Shown piece by piece: positions 38,684 through 50,295 of a stretch of 64,000 bases of DNA. The stretch lies in contig CANKAU010000003.1 in assembly GCA_947479915.1 (NCBI GenBank), positions 41,359 through 105,358 of the forward strand. The letters run 5' to 3'. Made by a program: the position numbers and the translations under genes. Below the pieces are notes generated by a model. The model had not been told where the DNA came from. It did not search any database and saw nothing but the letters and a program-made list of their open reading frames with translations. The DNA is from Chloroflexota bacterium. GTDB taxonomy: Bacteria > Chloroflexota > Dehalococcoidia > UBA2979. Each line of letters opens with the position of its first letter. Position 1 is the first letter of the stretch.

Positions 38684-40489
38684 ATGCGCATGTCACGAAT
38701 GTTTGGCCACACCCTCCGCGAAGCGCCCACCGAGGCGGACACGCCCAGCCATGCCCTGCTGCTGCGCGGCGGGTACATCGACCAGCTCATGGCCGGGGTG
38801 TACTCGTTCATGCCGCTGGGGCACCGCGTGAAGCGGAAGATCGAGCAGGTCATCCGCGAGGAGATGGACGGCGCGGGGGCGCAGGAAGTGACGCTGCCCG
38901 CAATCCAGCCGGCCGAGCTGTGGGACCAGACCGGCCGCCGCGCCGCGATGGGCGACGTGCTGTTCCAGCTGACCGACCGCCGCGAGCGCGAGCTCGCCCT
39001 CGGCCCCACGCACGAGGAGGTGATCACGCGCCTCTTCGCCGACCACGCCGTGTCGTACCGCGACCTCCCCGTGACGCTGTACCAGATCCAGACCAAGTTC
39101 CGTGACGAGGCGCGCCCTCGCGGCGGCCTGATCCGCGTGCGCGAGTTCACCATGAAGGACGCCTACTCCTTCGACGCCGACGACGCCGGCCTCGACGTCT
39201 CGTACAACGCGATGTTCGAGGCGTACCGGCGCATCTTCGCTCGCTGCGGCGTGCCGACGGTGCCGGTACAGGCGGACTCGGGCGCGATCGGCGGTAAGGG
39301 GTCGCAGGAGTTCATCTTCCTCACCAACATCGGCGAGGACACGATCATCCTCTGCGACACCTGCACCTACGCCGCGAACCAGGAGAAGGCCGAGTTCGTC
39401 CGCCCTTCCTCGATCGCGGGTGACGGGCAGCCGATCGAGGAGGTCGCCACGCCCGGCGTCACCTCGATCGAGGCGCTCGCGGAGTTCCTCGGCATCGAGG
39501 CGCGCCAGACGGCGAAGGCCGTGTTCTTCATCGCGACGCGCCACAGCAAGGACGCCCCGGACGAGGTGTTCCCCGTCTTCGCGATGACGCGCGGGGACCT
39601 CGACGTAAACGAGGTGAAGCTCGCCAACGCACTGGGCGGCGTGGAGCTGCGGCCGATGGTGGACAGCGAGGTCGCGTCCTACGGCATCGTCGCGGGGTAC
39701 GCCTCGCCGGTCGGTCTGCGCGCGGACGTGCGCGTGGTCGCAGACCTCTCGCTCGTCGACGCGCCAAACCTCGTGGCGGGCGCGAACAAGGCGGGCTTCC
39801 ACCTGCGCAACGTGAACCACGGTCGCGACTGGCAGGCCGCCGTCATCGGCGACATCGTCAGCGCACAGGCGGGGCACGGCTGCGCGCGCTGCGCCGCTGA
39901 GGGCCGCGAGGGCCACCTCCGCGCCGAGCGCGGCATCGAGATGGGACACGTGTTCCGCCTCGACTACACGTACACGACGAAGATGAACGTCAGCGTGCAG
40001 GACGCGAGCGGCGGACAGCTCACGCCGACCATGGGCTGCTACGGCATCGGCGTGGGCCGCATCCTGTCAGCCGCCGTGGAAGCGCACTTCGACGACAACG
40101 GCATCGCTTGGCCGGCCGAGATCGCGCCGTACGACGTCCACCTCGTGGGCATCGGGCTCGACCGCGACGCCGAGGCGGCCGCGGACGCCGAGGCGCTGTA
40201 CGCGGAGCTGACGGCAGCGGGCTTCGAGGTGCTGTTCGACGACCGCGACGAGCGCCCCGGCGTGAAGTTCAACGACGCCGACCTGCTGGGCATGCCGGTG
40301 CGTCTCACCGTCTCCAGCCGCAATACGAAGGCCGGGGTCGTGGAGTCGAAGGCGCGCACGGCTGCCGAGGCCGAGAGTGTCGCCCGCGCGGAGGTCGTCG
40401 CCCACGTCCGTGCACTGCGCGATCAGGCGATCGCCGAGTGCTCCGTGGAACGCATCGAGGCTATCGCTCGCCGACCTTCGCTCGCATAG
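38684..40489 (+). CDS. proS: Proline--tRNA ligase (with editing domain)
   Basis: LGPTHEE, KFRDEARPRGGL.R.REF.MKDAYS, MGCYGIG. Confidence 0.98.
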   Translation: MRMSRMFGHTLREAPTEADTPSHALLLRGGYIDQLMAGVYSFMPLGHRVKRKIEQVIREEMDGAGAQEVTLPAIQPAELWDQTGRRAAMGDVLFQLTDRRERELALGPTHEEVITRLFADHAVSYRDLPVTLYQIQTKFRDEARPRGGLIRVREFTMKDAYSFDADDAGLDVSYNAMFEAYRRIFARCGVPTVPVQADSGAIGGKGSQEFIFLTNIGEDTIILCDTCTYAANQEKAEFVRPSSIAGDGQPIEEVATPGVTSIEALAEFLGIEARQTAKAVFFIATRHSKDAPDEVFPVFAMTRGDLDVNEVKLANALGGVELRPMVDSEVASYGIVAGYASPVGLRADVRVVADLSLVDAPNLVAGANKAGFHLRNVNHGRDWQAAVIGDIVSAQAGHGCARCAAEGREGHLRAERGIEMGHVFRLDYTYTTKMNVSVQDASGGQLTPTMGCYGIGVGRILSAAVEAHFDDNGIAWPAEIAPYDVHLVGIGLDRDAEAAADAEALYAELTAAGFEVLFDDRDERPGVKFNDADLLGMPVRLTVSSRNTKAGVVESKARTAAEAESVARAEVVAHVRALRDQAIAECSVERIEAIARRPSLA

Positions 40490-41693
40490 GCAGGTCCGGC
40501 ACCGCGGCGTCCAGCACCTCGATCGCCGCGTCCGGCGTGTCGGCCAGCGCGATCTCAATGGCGGTGGGCAGCGGGTGCCCGGCCGGGTCCAGGAATAGCC
40601 GTACCACGGGCTGCTCCTGGTGCCCCGGCGGGATCGCGCACACGACGCCGGTCATGCCCTCGTACCCGCCGCGCACCACGCGGATGTCCGTGCCCAGCGG
40701 CAGCACCGGGAACGACGCGAGCAGACGGTGCACGACCTCGCGGTTCAGGGTGCGCCCCGCGAGCGATTCGAGGATGTCGCGCGCCGCGGCAGGCGAGTGC
40801 CCGCTGTACCCCGGGCTCGGTGAGACGATCCGCTCGTAGGCATCAGCGACCGCGATGATCTCGGACGTCAGCGTGACCCGCTCCAGGTCGCGCTTCTCTT
40901 CGGCCGTCCGCAGCACGCGGTGCCCGCCCTTGCGACCGCGTGGGAAACCGGAGGCGTCGGCGGCCTCGTGGTGCTCGCCCGCGACGATCGACAGGTGGAG
41001 CGACGGCCCGCCGAAGGGCTCCAGCATCGCCTCGCCGAGGATCGCGTGGTCCTCGTAGCGGATGCGCTCCGGGATGCTTCGCTGCGAGTGTGGGATCGCC
41101 AGCACCTGTCGCGGCACGAACACCATGCCGGCATCGTGCAGCAGCGCGGCGCACACGGCCGTCACCCGCTCGCGCGCGTCCATCCCCACGAGCGTTGCGA
41201 GGCGCGATGTGACGGCGGCGACGCCGATGCTGTGGCCGTCCTCGTCTCCCCCGGAGCTGCGGTCGATCAGGTAGCCGCCCATCGGATCCGCCTGCTCGCA
41301 GTCCTCGATGAAGACACGCACGACGGAGGGCAGGTCGTCCACGAAGCGGCTGCGCGCGAGGGGCGCGGTGGGGCGCCCGTTGCGCAGACCCTCGAGCGCT
41401 CGCTGCGTGGACATGTTCAGGAGCGGCGCGACCAGCTCACGGACCTTCTGGTTGAAGTCGCGGAGGAGGGGGCGGACGGTGCTGCGACCGCTGTCCAGCG
41501 GAACCACGTGCAGGCCCTCGCCCCAGCGGTCGTTCACGAAGCACCAGGAGACACCACGCCCCTTGAGGGCCTGGAGGGTGCGGTCGGTCAGGGCGTGCCC
41601 GGCGCGCGCGATGATCTCGCCACCGGGACCGGTGACGTCGCGCGCCAGGGTCGCCCCCGGGGAAACAGGTCGATCGAGTCGTAGTCGGCGCAC
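40461..41693 (-). CDS. HD-GYP domain protein
   Basis: LLHDAG, HHE..D.SGFP.G, IIAVADAYE; GTG 41693 after AAAGGA. Confidence 0.8.
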   Translation of the reverse strand: MRRLRLDRPVSPGATLARDVTGPGGEIIARAGHALTDRTLQALKGRGVSWCFVNDRWGEGLHVVPLDSGRSTVRPLLRDFNQKVRELVAPLLNMSTQRALEGLRNGRPTAPLARSRFVDDLPSVVRVFIEDCEQADPMGGYLIDRSSGGDEDGHSIGVAAVTSRLATLVGMDARERVTAVCAALLHDAGMVFVPRQVLAIPHSQRSIPERIRYEDHAILGEAMLEPFGGPSLHLSIVAGEHHEAADASGFPRGRKGGHRVLRTAEEKRDLERVTLTSEIIAVADAYERIVSPSPGYSGHSPAAARDILESLAGRTLNREVVHRLLASFPVLPLGTDIRVVRGGYEGMTGVVCAIPPGHQEQPVVRLFLDPAGHPLPTAIEIALADTPDAAIEVLDAAVPDLPMRAKVGER

Positions 41694-41795
41694 GGTGATC
41701 CTTTGCCACCCCGTCGCCCGCCGCAAGTCGCGGCTCAGGGATCATCGGCTGGTGGCGGCGGCATCCGCAGCCGTGCGGGACACGAATCTGTGCTC

Positions 41796-41825
41796 TTGAG
41801 GCGGGCCGGTGCGCGGTGCTACCAT
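41796..41825 (+). promoter_or_regulatory. nusA operon promoter
   Basis: TTGAGG-18nt-TACCAT with extended TG. Confidence 0.5.
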
Positions 41826-41847
41826 AAGGGGCGACGACGCCTCTCCA

Positions 41848-41876
41848 GAGACGTGGGACACGTTCCCACGTTTTTT
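41848..41876 (+). terminator. Leader terminator/attenuator upstream of nusA
   Basis: GAGACGTGGGA-CACGT-TCCCACGTTTTTT in the predicted 5' UTR. Confidence 0.7.
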
Positions 41877-41952
41877 GTTGGGAGCAGCCTCGTGCCCACA
41901 CACGCCCCGGCACGGGCCATCGGATGAACCGAACAGGCCCCAGGTAGGACTC

Positions 41953-43606
<1,654 letters not shown>

Positions 43607-43632
<26 letters not shown>

Positions 43633-43999
43633 CGGGAGTGCCCCAGGCGGCGGGGCGCGCGTGCGGCATGTGCCGCAGCGCACCTGTGTCGCCTGCCGGC
43701 TGACCGGTGACCAGCGGACATTCGTCCGGCTAGTCCGGACGCCGGACGGCACCGTCCAGGTGGACGAACAGGGCAAGGCGCCCGGACGTGGCGCCTACCT
43801 GTGCCGGACGACCGCTTGCTGGGAACGCGGCGCAAAGGGGGCACTGGCCTCCGCGCTGCGCACGAGTATCAACCAAACGAACCGCGACGCCCTGCTCGCC
43901 TATGGCGCGCGGTTCGAAGCACCAACAGCGGGCTCGGACGAGGACGGCGCGGACGCCCCGCCCGATCCCCCGAGCGCCACAGAGAGCGGGGTCATATGA
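43607..43999 (+). CDS. ylxR: YlxR/RnpM (DUF448) RNA-binding protein
   Basis: PQRTCVACR, GRGAYLC; conserved position between nusA and infB. Start may be GTG 43661. Confidence 0.88.
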
Positions 44000-45789
44000 C
44001 CAACAACACTGCCATCCAACTTCCTGCGGCGATCTCCGTCGGCGATCTCGCACAGACGCTCGGCGTGACTCCGGTCGACGTGATCAAAGAGCTGATGAAG
44101 AACGGCGTGATGGCCACGATCAACCAGGTCGTGGACTTCGACACTGCGGCCGTCGTGGCTACCGACCTGGGGTTCAACCCGGAAGAGCAGACCGTCGCCG
44201 CCCCGGCCGCCGCTGAGCCGGGCGCCGAGGCCGTCCCCGACACCAGCCGCGCCTCCATGCGCATCATCGTGGAGAACGAGGTCGGCGCCGTGACGCGCCC
44301 GCCCGTCGTCACCGTCCTCGGCCACGTGGACCACGGCAAGACCACCCTCCTCGACGCCATCCGCCACGCGAACGTCGTCTCCGGCGAGGCCGGCGGCATC
44401 ACGCAGCACATCGGCGCGTACCAGGCCACGGCGCCGGACGGTCGCCTCGTCACGTTCATCGACACCCCCGGCCACGAGGCGTTCTCGCAGATGCGCGCGC
44501 GCGGCGCTCGCATCACAGACGTCGCGATCGTGGTCGTGGCGGCAGACGACGGTGTGATGCAGCAGACCCGGGAGGCGATCGACCACGTGCGCGCCGCCGG
44601 CGTGCCGATGGTCATCGCGCTCAACAAGATCGACGCGTCCAACGCGAACCCCGACCGCGCGAAGCAGCAGCTGATGGAGATCGGCCTGGTTCCCGAGGAA
44701 TACGGTGGGGATCTGATCGTCGTCCCGACCTCCGCCATCAAGGCGGAGGGCATCGACGAGCTGCTGGAGAACGTCCTCGTCGTCGCGGAGCTGCAGGACC
44801 TGCGCGCCAACCCGGACCAGGACGCCCAGGGCATCATCATCGAGGCGAAGACGGACCGTCACCGCGGCGTCGTCGCCACCGTCCTCGTGCAGACCGGCAC
44901 GCTGAAGCAGGGCGACGCGATCCTCAGCGGCACCGCCTACGGGCGCGTGAAGGCCATGACGAACGCCCGCGGCGAGCGCCTCAAGACGGCCGGCCCGTCG
45001 ACCCCGGTCGAGGTTCTCGGACTGAACGACGTGCCCTCCGCCGGTGACCGCTTCGTCGTCCGCGCGGACGAGAAGACCGCCGCGGCCGAGGCCACCGCCC
45101 GCCAGCGCTCCATCGACGCCGGCGAGGAGGGTGCCGCGAAGGTCACGCTGGAGACGCTCTTCGGCGAGATCCACAAGGGCAACGTGACCGACTTCAACCT
45201 CGTGCTGAAGGCGGACGTGCAGGGCTCGATCGACCCGCTGGTGAAGACGCTCGAGGACCTCACGGTCGACGAGGTGCGCGTGAAGGTCGTGCACGCCTCG
45301 GTCGGCTCGGTCACGGAGTCGGACGTGCAGCTCGCCGCCGCTGCGCGCGGCGTCATCATCGCCTTCAACACCGGGGCCGAGCAGGGCGCGCACCGCCTCG
45401 CCGACCAGGAGAAGGTCGAGATCCGCGAGTACCGGATCATCTACGACATCGTGGAGGACGTGGAGAAGGCCGTGAAGGGCCTCCTCGACCCCATCTACGA
45501 GGAGCGCGCGGACGCCAAGATCGAGGTTCGACAGATCTTCCGCGTCGCCCGCCGCAACGCGATCGCCGGCAGCTACGTCCGCGACGGCTCCGCCGTCCGC
45601 GGCGCCCGCTGCCGCGTGCTGCGCAAGGGCACCGTCATCCACGAGGGCCAGATCGAGAGCCTGAAGCGCATCGACGAGGACGCCCGCGAGGTCGCGGCCG
45701 GCCTTGAGTGCGGCATCCAGGTCACGAACTTCGACTCCTTCGAGGAAGGCGACGAGATCGCGACCTACCACATGGAGCAGGTCCGCTGA
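43996..45789 (+). CDS. infB: Translation initiation factor IF-2
   Basis: GHVDHGKTTLLD, GGITQHIGA, DTPGHEAF, NKID. Confidence 0.98.
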   Translation: MTNNTAIQLPAAISVGDLAQTLGVTPVDVIKELMKNGVMATINQVVDFDTAAVVATDLGFNPEEQTVAAPAAAEPGAEAVPDTSRASMRIIVENEVGAVTRPPVVTVLGHVDHGKTTLLDAIRHANVVSGEAGGITQHIGAYQATAPDGRLVTFIDTPGHEAFSQMRARGARITDVAIVVVAADDGVMQQTREAIDHVRAAGVPMVIALNKIDASNANPDRAKQQLMEIGLVPEEYGGDLIVVPTSAIKAEGIDELLENVLVVAELQDLRANPDQDAQGIIIEAKTDRHRGVVATVLVQTGTLKQGDAILSGTAYGRVKAMTNARGERLKTAGPSTPVEVLGLNDVPSAGDRFVVRADEKTAAAEATARQRSIDAGEEGAAKVTLETLFGEIHKGNVTDFNLVLKADVQGSIDPLVKTLEDLTVDEVRVKVVHASVGSVTESDVQLAAAARGVIIAFNTGAEQGAHRLADQEKVEIREYRIIYDIVEDVEKAVKGLLDPIYEERADAKIEVRQIFRVARRNAIAGSYVRDGSAVRGARCRVLRKGTVIHEGQIESLKRIDEDAREVAAGLECGIQVTNFDSFEEGDEIATYHMEQVR

Positions 45790-46148
45790 GCCGCCGCACC
45801 GAGAAGCTCGGTGACCAGATCCAGTCGGTCCTGGCCGAGCTGGTACACAGGCGCGTGAAGGATCCGGACGTCGCGGAAGCGATGTTCTCCTTCGTGTTCG
45901 TGGAGATCTCGCCCGACCTGTCGCATGCCCGCGTGCACGTCTCCGTGCTGGGCGACGCGACGGACAAGGAGCGCGTGCTCAACGGCCTGGCCCGCGCAGA
46001 GCCGTTCCTGCATCGCGAGCTGGGCAAGGAACTGCACATCCGCCGCGTCCCGCGCCCCCACTTCATCCTCGACGAGTCGATCGAGGAAGCCGACCGCATG
46101 ACGACCTTGCTGCGCACGGTCGCGCACGACGAGGGCCGCGAGTTCTAG
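45786..46148 (+). CDS. rbfA: Ribosome-binding factor A (apparent CTG start)
   Basis: SRRTEK, KDP, SPDLSHARV, RRVP...F..DESIE; follows infB. Confidence 0.9.
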   Translation: MSRRTEKLGDQIQSVLAELVHRRVKDPDVAEAMFSFVFVEISPDLSHARVHVSVLGDATDKERVLNGLARAEPFLHRELGKELHIRRVPRPHFILDESIEEADRMTTLLRTVAHDEGREF

Positions 46149-46182
46149 TCGCGGCCCTGGCTGCTGTCTCGCGCGGCGCGCG

Positions 46183-46803
46183 CTAACGGGCCTCGACGAG
46201 CTTCCCGTCCGTGATGCGCAGCCGCCTGGTCACGCCGACCGAGGGTTGCGTGGTCATCGGCTCGCCGGGCTTGCGCTCGGCGTAGTTCACCTCGATCACC
46301 CCGTCCACGATGCGCGTGGTCTGCGGCGCAATGCGGTCGCCGAGCAGCACCGCGTTGGTGCCGGTGTACCCGGTCGCCTTCTTCAACGCCGCCACCGCGT
46401 AGAAGAAGGTCCCGCTGCCGCCCGGGCTCTGGGTGAGCACGAAGCCCACGTCTGCCTGCCCGTCGCCGTTGAGGTCGCCCGTCGCATCGTTCCCGAAGAC
46501 GCGAGTCGTGATCTTCGAGGCCGACCCGGGCGCCGCCTCCACCTCGAGCAGGCCGTTCTTCAGCACGACCGGCTTGCCCTCCACCACGTACGTCGCGTCG
46601 CGGAATGACGCGACGGCCGCCGCCGATGCGGGGGTGGTGGCGGCCGTCGCGGTCGAGGTGGGAGCGGGCTGCGTGGCGCTAGCGGACACGGTCGGCGTGG
46701 CGGTGGTGGTACTGATGGCTGGGGCCGAGGTGCTGCACGCTGCGGCGGACAGCGCCACCGCCCCGCACGTTGTCATCACCACGCCTCGCAGCAGTCGGTA
46801 CAT
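46183..46803 (-). CDS. Lipoprotein
   Basis: Lipobox-like AAAC, Thr/Ala linker, GDLNGDG, GGSGTF, LGDRI. Confidence 0.75.
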   Translation of the reverse strand: MYRLLRGVVMTTCGAVALSAAACSTSAPAISTTTATPTVSASATQPAPTSTATAATTPASAAAVASFRDATYVVEGKPVVLKNGLLEVEAAPGSASKITTRVFGNDATGDLNGDGQADVGFVLTQSPGGSGTFFYAVAALKKATGYTGTNAVLLGDRIAPQTTRIVDGVIEVNYAERKPGEPMTTQPSVGVTRRLRITDGKLVEAR

Positions 46804-46845
46804 CGCCTCGCCTCTCTGGTCGACCTCTGGTCAGACTGAGACGGT

Positions 46846-47733
46846 CTACTTCAGGTCGTACGCCACCGTCACCTGAACCTGCCACGTGACGCTCGGGATG
46901 GGGCCGGGGCCGCCACCGAACGAGGGGGTCGGCTGGTGCACCGTGACGCTGCGGATCTCGCCCAGCGTCACGCCGGCGGCCTTCGCGCTGGCCTCCGCCA
47001 TCACCTTCGCCTGCTCCGTCGCCTGCTGGATGGCGGACGCGAGCTTCTCGGACGCGGGGGGCGTCGGGTTGCCCGGGCCGCCCTTGATGAACGAGTTCAC
47101 GTTCGTCGCACCGCCGTCGATGGCCACGCGCATCGCTGTCGCCAGCTGCTCCGGACCGGTCGTGTCCACCATCAACTGCGCGTTCACGCTGTAGCCCACA
47201 GGCGGCGGCACCGGGATCGGGCGCACCGGCATGATCGCGGGCGTCGCGGGCGTCGTCAGCCCGCCGCCTGTGCCACCAGCCGGCGCCGAGGCGCCCGACC
47301 CGCCCTCCATGGGCGCGATCGCGGCCGGGTCGATCGCCGGCATCGGCACGGCGTAGCCGTAGTTCGGGCCGATGTTGAAGCCCTGGACGTGGATCGCCGA
47401 CTCGGGGACACCCGCCGCCTTCAGCGAGGCGGTGAGCTTCGCGATGCGGTCCTGCACCGTCTTCACCGCGGTCTGGACGTCCGAGCCCTTCGAGCGCTCC
47501 TCGACGGTGAGCATCAGCGCTCCGCCGGCCACCTGCGCAGCGTCACCGGGGATCTGGCCGATGCCGGTCGCGGACAGGGTGCGCACCGCGGACACCGGCG
47601 CGACGCTGAGCGGAGGCGCGACGGGCGTCTGCGCCCCGGCGTGCGAGGGCAGCAGCACCACCTGCGCCGCGCCGAACAGCGCGGCCGCGGTCAACACCGC
47701 CAGCCCGGTCTTCTGCATCACGTTCGGTGTCAT
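46846..47733 (-). CDS. SIMPL (DUF541) family exported protein
   Basis: Signal peptide; LSATGIG, GAT.V, A...AKAAGVTLGEI.SV, V.VTVAY. Confidence 0.8.
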   Translation of the reverse strand: MTPNVMQKTGLAVLTAAALFGAAQVVLLPSHAGAQTPVAPPLSVAPVSAVRTLSATGIGQIPGDAAQVAGGALMLTVEERSKGSDVQTAVKTVQDRIAKLTASLKAAGVPESAIHVQGFNIGPNYGYAVPMPAIDPAAIAPMEGGSGASAPAGGTGGGLTTPATPAIMPVRPIPVPPPVGYSVNAQLMVDTTGPEQLATAMRVAIDGGATNVNSFIKGGPGNPTPPASEKLASAIQQATEQAKVMAEASAKAAGVTLGEIRSVTVHQPTPSFGGGPGPIPSVTWQVQVTVAYDLK

Positions 47734-47875
47734 CTGGGGCTCCTCGCAACAACAGGGGTCTGTGTCTCCTGAACGTCGCCCCGGGCCGTGCGGTTCCCGG
47801 CATGCTGGCGGGAGCCCGGTGCGCTGTGAAACGATGCCCGCGAGGCGTCACCCGACGCAGCGGGATCGAGGTCTG

Positions 47876-48805
47876 ATGCGCGGCTTCCTGAACATCGACA
47901 AGCCGCAGGGCATTACCTCGTTCGACGTGGTGCGGCAGATCCGGCGCGCGGCGCACATGAAGCGCGTTGGCCATGCCGGCACGCTCGACCCCCTCGCGAC
48001 GGGCGTACTCCCGGTCGCCGTGGGCGATGCCACCCGCCTCGTCGATGAGCTGGTCGGGGCGCGCAAGCGATACCGCGCGGAGATCCTCCTCGGCCGCGAG
48101 ACCGACACCTACGACACCGAGGGCGAGGTCGTCGAGGAGCGTGATGCCTCGGGCGTGACGGAGGCAAGCGTGCGCGCCGCGCTCGACGCGTTCGTGGGCA
48201 CGATCATGCAGGCGCCCCCCGCGTACAGCGCGATCAAACGCGGCGGCGAGCCAGCCTACAAAGCCGCGCGCCGAGGCGATCCGCTCACGCTCGAAGCGCG
48301 CCCGGTCGTCGTGTACGACCTCGCTGTCATCGCACTGGCGCACGAGGGCGCGGTCGCGCGGCTCACGCTCGACATCCGCTGTGGGCAGGGGTTCTACGTC
48401 CGATCGCTCGCGCACGATCTCGGCGCGGCACTCGGGACCGGCGGAACCATCGCCGCACTCCGCCGCCTGCAGGTCGGCCCGTTCGTCGCTGAGGAGGCGA
48501 TTCCGCTCGATCAGGCGGTCGCACGGCTCGAATCCGGCGACATCCACGGCCTCGTCTTGCCGCCCGATGCGGTGGTCGCGCACCTCCCATCAGTGAGCCT
48601 GAGCGAGGATGAGGTCGTGCGAGTGAGAAATGGGCTCTCAATGAGCCTCACTGACCTCGTGGCTGCCGATCTGCTGGAATCAGCACCGCAGGTACGCTGC
48701 TATGGCCCCGAAGGTGAGTTCGTGGGAATGTTGCGTCCCAAGGGCGCGGAAGGCCTCTGGCACCCGTTCAGAGTCTTCCCACCTGATACGATCGCGCCTC
48801 GGTAG
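47876..48805 (+). CDS. truB: tRNA pseudouridine(55) synthase
   Basis: DKPQGITS, GHAGTLDPLATG, PPAYSAIK, YVRSLA.DLG. Confidence 0.96.
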   Translation: MRGFLNIDKPQGITSFDVVRQIRRAAHMKRVGHAGTLDPLATGVLPVAVGDATRLVDELVGARKRYRAEILLGRETDTYDTEGEVVEERDASGVTEASVRAALDAFVGTIMQAPPAYSAIKRGGEPAYKAARRGDPLTLEARPVVVYDLAVIALAHEGAVARLTLDIRCGQGFYVRSLAHDLGAALGTGGTIAALRRLQVGPFVAEEAIPLDQAVARLESGDIHGLVLPPDAVVAHLPSVSLSEDEVVRVRNGLSMSLTDLVAADLLESAPQVRCYGPEGEFVGMLRPKGAEGLWHPFRVFPPDTIAPR

Positions 48806-48949
48806 CGGGGGGTCGCGTTGACACGCACGACCCGCGTACCGTAGGAACGGCAACACGTACCGCGACAGCGCCCGATGGATCGGGGCGCAGGACGCAATGC
48901 TCACCGGCCCACCCTCGCCAGCGCGCGATGGGCCGCCAACGGAGGATGA

Positions 48950-49102
48950 ATGGAAGCCTACTGCCTGAAGTGCCGCGAGAAGCGCGAGATGAGCGAGCCG
49001 GTCGCCATCCAGATGAAGAACGGCAAGCCCGCGACCGAGGGCAAGTGCCCGGTGTGCGGCACCAAGATGTTCAAGATCGGCAAGACGGCGGCGCACTCCT
49101 AG
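48950..49102 (+). CDS. DUF5679 zinc-ribbon small protein (50 aa, not in ORF track)
   Basis: MEAYCLKCREKREM...MKNGKPA..GKCPVCGTKMFKIG; GGAGG RBS. Confidence 0.9.
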   Translation: MEAYCLKCREKREMSEPVAIQMKNGKPATEGKCPVCGTKMFKIGKTAAHS

Positions 49103-49133
49103 GCGCCATTCCTCCCCACAGCAGACACGCGCG

Positions 49134-49163
49134 ACGCCGCCCCTCCCGGGCGGCGTTTCGTTT
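49134..49163 (+). terminator. Intrinsic terminator
   Basis: ACGCCGCCC-CTCCC-GGGCGGCGT followed by TTCGTTT. Confidence 0.75.
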
Positions 49164-49199
49164 GTCCATACGTGAGACAGGTTCGAGGTGATCGAGCCG

Positions 49200-50147
49200 T
49201 TACGCCTCGATGGGGGTCCGCCCCGCCTCGGGCAGCGCGAGCGCGAGCCGCAGGAACGCCTGCACGCGCGCGTCCGGTGGCGCACCCACCCGACGCACGC
49301 CGAGGAGCGTGCGCTCGGCGACCTGGTCGCCTCGGACCGCGCGGCCCGCGGCGACGTCTTCCTCCGCCACGGCGGCCGGAAGCACGCTCCAGCCCAGCCC
49401 CAGCGCGACGACCTGCCGCAGCACTTCCGGGTTCCCCGACTCGAGCATCACGCGAGGCAGGATGCCGAGGCGACGGAGGCCTTCGTCGATGAGCTGCCGC
49501 GTGTGCGAGCCCGCGGGATACAGCGCCCACTCCACGTCCGCCGCCTCGGTCGCGCCTGCGGTCACGTTCGGCGGCGCGTAGACGTGCAGCGCCTCCGTGC
49601 GCACCGACACGGCGTCGAGATCCTCGCCCGCAGGGGCGATGACGAAGGCGAGGTCCAGCTCGAAACGGCGGAGGCGATCCATGAGCGCCTCGGATGTGTC
49701 GACGAGCAGCCGCAGGTCGACGTCCGGGTGCGCCTCGCGGAACGCGCCGATAGTGCCCGGCAGGAGGTACAGGCTCGCCGCGTCGATCATCCCGACTGAC
49801 AGCGACCCTGCCTCGCCCTGTCGGCGCGACGCCAGCCATGCACGCAGCTCCGAGGCGCGCCCCAGCACCTCCGAGGCAAACCGCGCCACCTCGACGCCGG
49901 CCTCCGTCAGCACGCGCCGACGCCCGTCACGCTCGAACAGCGGAACGCCGACGTGGCGCTCGAGGGCGGCGAGGGCCTGGGACAGCGCGGGCTGGCTCAC
50001 GCCAAGGCGCTCCGCGGCCGCGGTGAACGTGGGGGAGCGCTCGACCTCACGGAGGTAGGCGAGCTGGTGGGCGTGGAACGGGAAGGGGACGGGCACGACC
50101 GCGTCGGGTGGCAGGTTTGGGGAGAATGGGTCCCGATCTGTCGTCAT
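49200..50147 (-). CDS. LysR-family transcriptional regulator
   Basis: FTAAAERLGVSQPALSQ..LE..G..LFER, LTEAG; substrate-binding domain. Start uncertain. Confidence 0.93.
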   Translation of the reverse strand: MTTDRDPFSPNLPPDAVVPVPFPFHAHQLAYLREVERSPTFTAAAERLGVSQPALSQALAALERHVGVPLFERDGRRRVLTEAGVEVARFASEVLGRASELRAWLASRRQGEAGSLSVGMIDAASLYLLPGTIGAFREAHPDVDLRLLVDTSEALMDRLRRFELDLAFVIAPAGEDLDAVSVRTEALHVYAPPNVTAGATEAADVEWALYPAGSHTRQLIDEGLRRLGILPRVMLESGNPEVLRQVVALGLGWSVLPAAVAEEDVAAGRAVRGDQVAERTLLGVRRVGAPPDARVQAFLRLALALPEAGRTPIEA

Positions 50148-50295
50148 ATAGGGAAGTCTAATCGTCTCCATCCAATTCATCCATTGGACGAATCAGTCCT
50201 CACCTCGGACGATGGAGTTCACCACCAACCACCACAAGGCTCCGAGGAGCCGCGCCGCGACCCCAAACCGGGAACGGCGGAGGAGAGGACATCGG

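Noticed and set aside
13066-41750. GCCGA(T/C)-type sigma28 -10 motifs upstream of the 85-aa ORF, HDOD and HD-GYP genes
   Set aside because: No convincing TAAA -35 at the right spacing, and GCCGA is common at this GC content
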